From Balanoglossus misakiensis (taxonomy: Eukaryota > Animalia > Hemichordata): a stretch of 64,000 nucleotides of DNA. The notes under the pieces are model-generated. The model did no database searches, was not told the DNA's origin, and saw nothing but the letters and a program-made list of their open reading frames with translations. Below are positions 12,101-22,340 of this stretch, in pieces. The position numbers were made by a program, and so were the translations under genes. The DNA lies in NCBI GenBank assembly GCA_040954595.2, contig CM082593.2:9371200-9435199 (forward strand), written 5' to 3'. How positions within the stretch are numbered: the first letter of the stretch is position 1; each line of letters begins with the position of its first letter.

Positions 12101-14373
12101 ATACAAAACAAGGTAAATACCAACCTGACTTCTGCAGGTTAATTCTGAAAGTATTGAAATATTTTTTTGTTTTTTTTTGTTTAAGGAAATTTCACATTAT
12201 ATTTCAATTTTTGTGACATTATTATCATGCTCCTCCTTTATTACTTACAGGATGGAGACACTCCTTTGCATTATGCAGCAAGGGATGGTGATGAAGGCCA
12301 TGTCAGATTGTTATTGGAACACAAAGCTGATGTGACCATACAAAACAAGGTAAATACCAACCTGACTTCTGCAGGTTAATTCTGAAAGTATTGAAAGATT
12401 TTTTTGTTGTTTTTTTTTGTTTAAGGAAATTTCACATTACATTTCAATTTTGTGACATTATTCTCATGCTCCTCCTTCATTACTTACAGACAGGAGACAC
12501 CCCTTTGCATGATGCAGCAAGGAGGGATGATGGTGAAGGCCTTGTCAGATTGTTATTGGAACACAAAGCTGATGCTAACATACAAAACAAGGTAAATACC
12601 AACCTGACTTCTGCAGGTTTATTCTATCAATGCGGATATATTTATTCATTTATTTGTTTGTTTGTTTGTTTGTTTGTTTGTATAAGAAAACACTTTTCAT
12701 TTCAATTTTTGTGACATTGTTCTCATGCTCTTCCTTCATGACTTACAGAAAGGAGACCCCTTTGCATTTTGCAGCATATGTCATATAATTTTGTCATTGT
12801 CCTTTGAATCAAAACTGCTCACTCTGTCGGGTCAGGTGTTATACAGGCAGGTGTGGAAACGATTTGCATTCCTTTCTTTCTTTCTTTGTTAATCAATCAA
12901 TTGTTGTTCTATTCATTGATCATCACCCCCCTGTATCATGAACATCACAAGGCAATGCATTGAATTCAGCTCTTCCAGCTAGTGGCCGCACTTGCTTGAT
13001 TTCCTGCGTGTGTCTCTGGGGATGAAAAGAATGCATATGCGTCTTTTCCTAATTTGCATATTTTGAATGGGTGTTCCAGCGTGAGTAACCGTTCATTTGA
13101 CTTCCAGCTCGCATTGAATACACGTTAGGGACTGTTTTTACGGCTGGGGGGGCAAGTTTGGGTCATCGATTTTCAAAATCAGGCCGACCCCCCCTTCACC
13201 CTGGACCAAAAAATGATGACCCCCCCTTTGACAGACCCAAAATATGATGACCCCCCCCCCCCCCCCCCGCTGAAAACATTCGCCGTGCTGATCCTATGTA
13301 CACTGTATGCAATAAAGGGAATGAGGCTCCTCACACCTCAATTATAAATTTCTTAAAGTAATTGAAGTATATATAATAGTATATCGTTGCAATAAAAAAT
13401 ATATGAACAAAATAAAATGACAAGTCAATACAATAGAAAATTTAAGAAAATGTTGTAAAATACGGTGCTCAAAGTTGCATTCGAATGAACTCTAAAGCAA
13501 ATTAACTCAATATTAGGCAGGACAAATTTTAATTTTGCCACTCCACTCAAAGTAAACATCGGGAGTAGGGTGGGTAGAAGTCTGCCGTGGTACACTAGAC
13601 AAACCAGCGAATAAATGATATGTGGCGAAGAATGGAGGGGGAGGGGTGTGCGAGGGGGTGTCCCCCTCCCACATAAGAAAATTTTGTAAAATATGTAGCT
13701 CAAAGTTGCATTTTTATGAACTCAAGAGCAAATTATCTCAGTGTTTGGGAGGACCTAAAATTTGACTTATAGGTGTGCGTGCCTCAATCATCTGATGCAT
13801 GTATTCATCTATGAAAATTTGTGATCCATTTTCAGAACGTAGTGACTCCTTGTCAAGAGGCAGGAAGGAAGGCTGGGCGGGGTGCAGGCACCAATATTGC
13901 AAGAGCCTTTGTGGAATATCATTTTGACAATGAGAAAGTATATCAGGCAAGTATTGAGTTAGATTTAAAAGGGCAAGGTTACTCACTTTTGATAAAACAG
14001 TGAAATTGTGTCAGTTACCGACCTCCTCTATATAGTGGCCACTTTGTTACAGTCCCTGTGCAGTTAACATGGGCAATTATTGACTTGTATATACAGGCCA
14101 CCTGTCTATTAAGGCCAATTTAGGAAAGTCACTCTGACTGGCCAATTTGGACTGTGAGATTTGGCTGTATTTCAGTTATTTACCAATTGGCTCTTTCTGT
14201 TGTTCTAAAAGATGCTCATTGACCAGTTTTATAAAGCTTACCGGCAACTCACACCTGACACATGGATACTTAAATCCATTTATTTTTTACCAAAATTATT
14301 TAACAATAGTGTCCATAATATGCATGGTGTGGTATAATTGTCATAATCCTGTACTTTACAGCTAGTTCATTTA

Positions 14374-14716
14374 AGCAATAAAACACCCCCAGCCATGGTA
14401 TACCACTCGATTTTGACCAGTTCACGACATATACGCACTCGCTATCGCTCCTGCGTATATGTCGTGAACTGGTCAAAATCGAGTGCGTATATGTCGTGAA
14501 CTGGTCAAAATCGAGTGGTATACCATGGCTGGGGGTGTTTTATTGCTATTATATTATGCCAGTATATTGAAACTTTGCATAAAACATTTTAAAAAGGCAT
14601 TTTCTTTGACTATGCTATATGACTGTGGTAGATGGCTAATATATCACAGTCACGTGTCGTGTCTCGACCAATAAAATAGCGTGATTTACACCATCAATAT
14701 ACTGGTATAATATAAT
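14374..14716. mobile_element. Non-autonomous foldback element (long hairpin followed by a second inverted pair), in a Roco intron
   Basis: agcaataaaacacccccagccatggtataccactcg... pairs with ...cgagtggtataccatggctgggggtgttttattgct. Then tatattatgccagtatattga ... tcaatatactggtataatata. Confidence 0.65.
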
Positions 14717-17555
14717 CAATCATATATGTTCTGTTTTCATCAATGAAAATACAGGCAGTTATAAACTCAGTGTATGACAGAGATGACAAAAGAGACCTGA
14801 TCAACCATCATAAGGTACGTCGTAATGTTGATAATAAATGGCTATGAAAACATATCATATCACTAGTGTATTTGAATTTATCTTCTATATTTATAACATG
14901 GAAAACATAAATCCAGACTGTTAATAAATTTTTAACTACATACTTATTCTATTGTGCCAGCTAGGAAGGCATTAAAGGGACATTACCTATAACTTTTGGC
15001 TTTATTTCCAGATTTTTTTCCTTTTGTGTACAAAATGCAATTTCATGTTCTTCTCCAAACTGCATGCTAATATGCCCAGTACTCAACTTGTGTATATTGC
15101 CTGTCTCTGTAACAACCATTGTTATTGTTGACTCATAATTCTAGTCCGGACTTCAATTCAAATTTTGCAAAATAACAATGTTGAATATACACAAAGAGTA
15201 CACAACTATCGAGGTGTGCGTCACAAAGAGATGACAAACTTATGCAAATAGAAGTTATGGAAAAACTATGTTAAATTTGGCAGCTCATGAGGCTTTAACT
15301 ATGCATTATTTCTATAGTGTTAATGATAGCTTCCACATCATAAGCACATCATAATAGTGTAGTTAACAATGTAAATTATATTTTTTGATACTAGCGTTTT
15401 TATCAATATCTTTTCTGAAGCAAAATGTCATGTGACTTCTTTGAAGACATGGTGTTTAATTGAAAGGCATGTAAATTGAGTGTAAACATTCCCAATATAT
15501 ATAACACATAACATATCTGTTCAAATTCTGACAGGTGTTTCCCCGCCAAAAAGAATTCACAGCACTCATGTGACAACCTGGTGTCAAACGTAATACTACA
15601 AAGATTGTGTTAGCTGGATACGGTGGGAATGGCAAAACTACACTCAAAGAATCATTGCAGCGGGTGTGTAGAAATCTTTGATTATGAATGCCAATTATTG
15701 CTGTTTTTGAGGAGTGAAGGATTTGTGCAAATATTAAAGTTTTCATGAAGACTACATTTCAGTGGAAATCAGGGTACATATTTTGTTGACCAACCAATTC
15801 TCCAAATATTTTATATTATTACAATATGATTGGCATTAATCAAGCTTGCTGATTGGCCCGAGTCGCGGTTTATATCCTCAACGAGAAGACCTGAACCCTG
15901 AACAGTGAATAACTAAAAAATAACCGAAATGGGACACATAGAACAGAACGCCTCGCCTCGCTCAGTGATTATTTCCCGCCAAATATGCTAAGTTTCACCT
16001 GGGAGGTCTTATATCCGGAATCAAATACTCTCGCTTGCCGTTTATAAGTTTACAACCTCTAAATTGTGAGAAAATCATCACTTATGTTCATATATTACAA
16101 TGCAGAACTTTGTGCAAGCAAAATTGACTCGACGGTCAGAAGAGAAAGCCCCTTTACCAGGGAACATGCAGTACACACCAACACCCGCCATAGATGTAGC
16201 CACATTATCCATACCCAAGATTGGCAAGTTCAGTGTGTGGGACTTTGCAGGACAAACAGAATACTATGTCACACATAATATGTTCCTAAGAGTCGAGAAT
16301 GCAGTGGTTTTATTGGTCTTCAAAATGGCTGAGGACAAGCAGGATGTAGTTTGGACACCAAGAAAACTTATGCAACAGCAGAGACAAGAGGTGGGTCGTT
16401 GTTTTTTTGTTACTGATGATAAGTGATATTAATATTTTGGGCAATTATGGAATAAAAGTAAAAATGAAACTCAGAAAGGGCACAGTGCATATATTACAAT
16501 ATTTTTTTTATTACTAAGCAGTGCATCAGTGAATTAGGTGGTGCAATATTGTGAATGAAATTAAAGTAAAGATGAATGGCACAGTATATATATTTGTGAA
16601 ACATTTATCTCTTTTTGTTTTTATCCAGATTTAGGGACTGATTGAATATAATATGATTGATGACTTTATATTCTTCTTCATGTCTTTCTTTAATAGGTGA
16701 CATCATGGCTTGCATTCCTTAAGGCAATCATACCACAAGATATGGATGAGGGTGGGAGTAAACCAAAAGTGATATTGATTGGAAGCAAGGCTGATTTGTT
16801 GAAAGCTGAACACAAGAAAGAAGGTATGTTCAGTACATGTTTAGATAAAAGGTGACAAGAGCGAGGGTATTCACACAATTGGGAGCCTGGTGTGGGAGTA
16901 CACTCAATCTGATTAAAACCAGATGTAGTGTTGGGCGCTGTCTTTACCTTTGCTGATTCTTGGCTGTTCTGTTCGAAAGGGACACACATACTACATCTGA
17001 ACCTATGCAAAAGGAGATCTCATTACTATTCAACATTTTACCTATTCAGATAGTGTGATTGATGTAGAATTTCACCGGATGCTTTCAAAAAATACAAAAC
17101 AGCACCAAAGTGGCCTCTTCTGTGTATATGTCCATACTTTGTAAATAAAAATCTATCAAGAGATCATTACTTTTTTCTTGATAGCTGAATTGGTGATGAG
17201 GGAAATACTCCAGACAGCTCAGAAGACCTTTGGCAAATACCTGAATATTCTTGATGAGACATTCATACTGAATTGTCACAACTCGCAGCATAATGATATG
17301 CACAGATTGCGTGAATGTCTACGAAGTGCAAAGGTATGGTTTTATAGATATTCTGCAATGTGTGACTGGATTGAACATGTTAATTCATTAGGGCCATATT
17401 TGACAAAGGCATGCTTTACATCACCTTAATACTCTCATGTAATGCATAGAGTCCAAGAAAGCCAACTATCAGATAGTAATAACAGAACTCTTATCAGTGG
17501 GAAATAAGTCAAGGTTGTATACTTTTGACTTACCGGGTATCAGAACTGTCTAAAA

Positions 17556-18251
17556 GGGCGTTCTCACTGGCACGTTTACACTGGTGCTACATCGGTGTAG
17601 ATTTGACACCGACGGAAAAAAACAAGTGAGAACGCTTTACACCGGTGTTGGGCCGGTGTTAATTTGCGACAGCGATGGGTGGTGGGTCAGGGCCAGTGCT
17701 GGGCCAGCGCTCCGACGCAAATAATCAGTGAGAACGCAAAGATAAACAAACACCGTTCAAAAGCGCCACCCTGCAGTGACTTTTGGGTATGTTTATTAGG
17801 TATAGCCCATTGTCTTTGGTCAGTTTCCATTGTTAAGTCAATCACACTGGATGCGAGTGGTTTTCAAACCATTCGCAGTTTGCCAGGTCTGCAACACTTC
17901 AGTCTGCTACCAACTTTCAGAAGGTTCTCTCGATCACCAAAAAGCCGAGGCATTTTCCATTTATGGATTAACATTCATTTACTTCTAAACATTATCAAAA
18001 CTGTCACAAAGTCGTCTAGAACGTATATGCAGGTATATAAACTGCAACATGTTGCTGTAATGTCCTCGACATCCTCAATTTTGTTAGTTGCCGTGTTGCT
18101 AAACATGGCCATTTAGACAGTGTTTATTTCAAAACAGTGGCCAAAAGTTTAGTGTGTGGACGCAAGGAGATTCTGTGGGCTAATCCCCTGTGTTTGCAGA
18201 GAGTAAACACTGGCATAACACCGGTGTCCAAACTTTTAGTGAGAACAAGAC
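17556..18251 (+). mobile_element. ~700-bp non-autonomous DNA transposon (Harbinger/Spy-like MITE)
   Basis: Termini gggcgttctcact ... agtgagaacaagac; flanked by AAA and TTT with no clear TSD. Near-identical reverse-strand copies at 39281-40653. Confidence 0.75.
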
Positions 18252-19499
18252 TTTAAATAATGGGCTGTGTCTGTAAAGGGTGAATATCACTGTTGCCAGT
18301 ATTGTTCGAGTTGCTTTTCTGAATGTTCATTTCACCAAACAACAGTATTATGGGGGTCATCGTTAAACCCCGGTGCAGGGTATAAAAGACCCCCCAAATC
18401 AGTGGCGAATCTTAATGCCGTTTGACTGACAACAGACAACACCAACGATCTTGGCTCTATGAAAATCGGCCCAAACAGGTCCAAGCATAAAGAATTACAC
18501 CACACAACGACAGTAGTTGGCTTTATAAACACACACAACATAAAGTTATCGACGAAAAAGTACACGAGCTTATGAAACAACGATGATTTTGGGAGAAATC
18601 TGGTTTCAGTGCTTTTCAGAAGCGTCCCTGGGAAACAATAACCACGCCATTCAAACAGTTGTCAATCGCGTGGAAGTGTGAAGTGTTCAATTATTTTCTG
18701 TGTACATGAGAGCAATTACACAGTCATTATGCACGACGACCACTCCCAAATAAACAACTATACAAACACACGTTAATCCGAACCCCAGGACTTTCCGCAC
18801 CGGGGTTTAAGACGTTTTTGAAACATCTCAGATGAAATACTGGCGTAAATTATCATGTGTGAATGGTTTAAGTGGTCCTGAAACGTCTCAGATTTGAGAC
18901 GGCTTTGGTCAGACCTAAGCCAGTGTAAGGATTAACACCTCTCCGCAACCCATTGTTTGTGTGTGTGTACACAAGGCGACTTAAAGGATTAATGCTCTGT
19001 GTTTACTATTGGCAAATAGTGTCTATGAAATGTTTTGAATTTTACCCTGTCTGGACATGAACCTGGTATATGTCGCTGTGTTAATGTTACAGAGAGAAGA
19101 ATACATACCAAAGTTGTGTGCTAAGATACTTGATGGAAGAAGCAAATGGATTGTGAGCAGTTTCCCGGTCATCAAATGGAAAACATATATAGAAAGAGTG
19201 AAAGAGTTGGATCGTTTCATTGATGAAGAGTTTCTAAAGAAAGCTACGAGATACCTTCACTACCTTGGGGAGGTAAGTTTATTACAGAAATCGTTGCTGA
19301 AGACATTACCCCACTTGATCAGTAGGTTAAGAAATCCATGGAGGATACTGTAAAACAGGTTATTTCGCGAGCAATAAATTTTCATGAAATATGCGAGAGC
19401 CCCCAAAAATGTGAAAATACAAAAGTCGCATAAAATGTTTTTTTTCTTAGATAACAATGCAGTTAGTGAAATACGAGAAAGCCAAAATTAATCCATGCA

Positions 19500-22340
19500 T
19501 GTAAATATTACTACAATATGCCAAAAATAAAACTTTCTTCACATCTTGACTACAATGTTGAAAATGTCTCAATAGCATGTTTGCTCTAACGCAAAATGCT
19601 CTTCTCTGTCGTTCAATATCTTCATTATCACAACCATCACAAGATATTACATGGCCCAGATAGGTGTGTTCAGGTACAAACTTCAAAGTGATGTCATTAA
19701 GTTTAACCGAAGGAATTCTTTGAACGCTCATATTCTTCCCATTAAAAAGCATGCACACAGTTTTACTAGAATTATAAATGATATCATAATCCTTGCCATA
19801 AATTTCACAAATTCTAAGAAGACGGCGTAGACCCTTAACACTTGGACTGAGTAGAGTCATGTCGTCAGCGTAACCTGAAGTGTTAGCGCTGACACCACAC
19901 ATGGTACAGCCAACTTTGGCTTTACAGAGTGCATTGATAAGATCATCAATGTAGACATTAAAAAGATAGGGAGAGAGTACTCCCCCTTGTCTTACACCGT
20001 TAGAAACAGAAAACAACTCTGAGGTTTCATTATCCCACAACACAGTAAACAATTGATTTCTGTACCAGTAATATAAAATTCGAACAGCATACAAGGGAAC
20101 ATTCCTGTCGATGAGCTTGTTAACCAGTTTAAAGTGATTAACTCTGTCAAAAGCTTTTGAAGCATCCAGAAAACAAGTAAACACTGGTCCTCCATTGCTG
20201 GTGTAGTAGCTAATGATTTCTTTAAATGCAAATAAACACAGGTCAGTTGAATGTTCTCGCTTGAAACCAAATTGTAAATAATGAGAGGTAAGAAACTCCT
20301 CACAACGAGAAAGTAAAATATGCTCAAAAACTTAAGAGAAAACAGTTGCTAGTGCTATCGGCCGGTAGTTACTGGCATCACTACAAAGCTTAGTTTTATC
20401 CTTAATAATTGGAACTAAAATAACTTTGATAGCCTCAGTTGGCAGGTAACCATGAACAATCATAGCATTAATACAACAAGTCAAAATGGGTAAAATAGAG
20501 GAGTCTGAGAATTTGAGGTGCTCAGCTGAAATATTGTCAATGCCAGCTGTCTTGTCGTCAGGTAACTTATGTATAGCAGAAATTACTTCGTCTTCAGAAA
20601 CATACATATCAGAAGAAAACTTAACATACTTCATTTTCTCCTCGATGTCATTTTTACCAGTCTGAGCCTGGACAGAATTCAAAATATCACTGAAATGCTT
20701 GTGCCACATAATTGCAATTTCACTCTCACCAGTCGCTCCACCTACAGTGTCAGAAAGTGGCGTTTTTCTGCTAGTTTGCTTTCTGACTTCCTTCCAGAAG
20801 TCGTTCTGTTTGTGGCAGCATAAATTGTCAGCCATCTTGTCAGCCCTATTTTGATTCTCAATCTTTTTACAAGCACGTAAAGCATACTTAAAACGAGCTC
20901 TGAAAGATTTCATGGTTTCAAAAAGCGGGCCTTGTTTAGGTTTACCCCCATTAACCCATAATAAAAAACATGGAACGGGCATAGTCGTGACTTTCTTTTA
21001 CAAAATCGTTCCAGCCAGGTACAACATGAACTTTCTGGTGAAACTTACGCCTAATGGTATATTTTGCAGCACAATTCAATGCGTCCACAATACTACTATA
21101 ACAAGTATCAATTGCCTGTAAATGCGAAGGGTCTGTACAGTTCACATTAGTGCAGAATAACTGTTCGGATAAATTAATCTTATCAATCTTGGCTTTGGTA
21201 CAAGGGTGTAGGCGGATATATTCTGCTGTGACAATTTTTTCCAATCAACTCGAAAATTACATTGCTTGAAGGAACTACTGCTGAAGCTTTCATCAGCAGA
21301 AGTGTTGAAATAAACCTCTATTGAAACAGGAATATGGTCGGAGTCAACAACATTGCAAAGGCTCGAAATTGAAAGAACATTGCTATGAGAAACTTCAGTG
21401 GTAACACAGTGGTCAATCCATGAAGTACTGCCATGAGCATCGCTAATCTAAGTAAACGTACCAGAATCCCTGCCTAGCAGCTCAACATCAGAAACGATGT
21501 AACCAAATTGCTCACAATGCTCCATCAACTCACGGCCAAAGCCTGTATCAGTAGTTACATCAGCATTCCAGTCACCAATAAAAAAGACATTCCCAGTGTT
21601 AATATCAGAAACAATGGAATTGATTTTCGCCAAGTACTCACTGAACACTTCAAAATTATCATTAGTATTGGTGGGCAAATAACAGTTTACAATAACAAGT
21701 TTGTCAGTATCATTTTCTAAAACTAAACCAAGCAAGCGACTATCAGCAAACTCAACAATACTGGCAAGTTTGCCAAGCGATCTACGCCAAAGAATTGCAA
21801 CCCCCCCCCCCCCGTACGGTCTACCAATACGGAGTTCAGACGAATCAAAAGCAGATACTCCGAATGACATAAAATCCAGATGTATGTCATGTAAAATTGA
21901 CAGCTCTTCCTTAGCAAGCCAGTGTTCTTGTAAAAGACAGATATCATGGGTTTCACACAATTCATACACAGAATGAAAGCTTGATTTCACAGAGCGACAG
22001 TTAAATGACACAATCCGTAAACTATTTTTGCGTTTTGTCATGGCGTCTGAGATTTATAGTATTTTCTTACAAGAGTATCCTGAGGCCAATTTACAGGATC
22101 AAGGGCAACTCTAATGTCTACATCAGATAATTCAACCATAAAAGAAGCATACATATCATACTTTGTTTTCAGTTTTGTACAGTTCACACCTACATCAAAT
22201 TTGTCCGCAGCATAGCGCTCAACATTTTCACATGTTGTTGCTGGATTCAGCCGGGACACGAAAAGTGTACATACACGCCGCGGTCTTGCGCCTTGAAGGC
22301 CAGCTGTAGTACTCAGCGCAGTTCCAATCACAGGCTGGGT
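19500..22340 (-). mobile_element. CR1/L2-group non-LTR retrotransposon fragment (ORF1 end + APE endonuclease + RT), degenerate and truncated at both ends, in a Roco intron
   Basis: ORF1 C-terminus LFVSRL...YASFMV...WP (22038-22331). APE motifs SFNCRS, LLQEHWL, IGDWNAD. RT motifs NYRPIAL, FLDASKAFD, GVRQGGVLSPYLF, YADD. Several stops and frameshifts. Confidence 0.9.

Larger units (their letters stand above)
1..12780 (+). repeat. Tandem array of ~27 ankyrin exon+intron units (~240-250 bp) plus one truncated unit at ~12749; interrupted by the ISL2EU element; probably continues upstream of the window
   Basis: Unit = ttacag|GATGGAGACACTCC...ATACAAAACAAG|gtaaat; 99- or 102-bp phase-0 exon such as DGDTPLHYAARDGDEGHVRLLLEHKADANIQNK. 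Exon starts at about 49, 6379, 6625, 6872, 7122, 7359, 7606, 7849, 8086, 8333, 8583, 8823, 9073, 9292, 9535, 9772, 10027, 10277, 10516, 10766, 11013, 11263, 11503, 11753, 12011, 12251, 12490. Confidence 0.95.

Noticed and set aside
6355-12714. Many 70-130-aa ORFs (MLLLHYLQDGD..., MRIYLFIY...) as separate genes
   Set aside because: They are read-throughs of exon plus intron, or off-frame translations, of the tandem unit; splice sites delimit the real 33-34-codon exons.
17664-18116. 150-aa ORF and its counterparts at 39724-40545
   Set aside because: Lies in a MITE, has no recognisable domain, and the other copies stop at different positions.
6204-22340. Diversity-generating retroelement (variable repeats plus a nearby reverse transcriptase)
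   Set aside because: The RT is an ordinary decayed LINE with an APE domain; the variation is not adenine-specific and there is no template/variable repeat pair.
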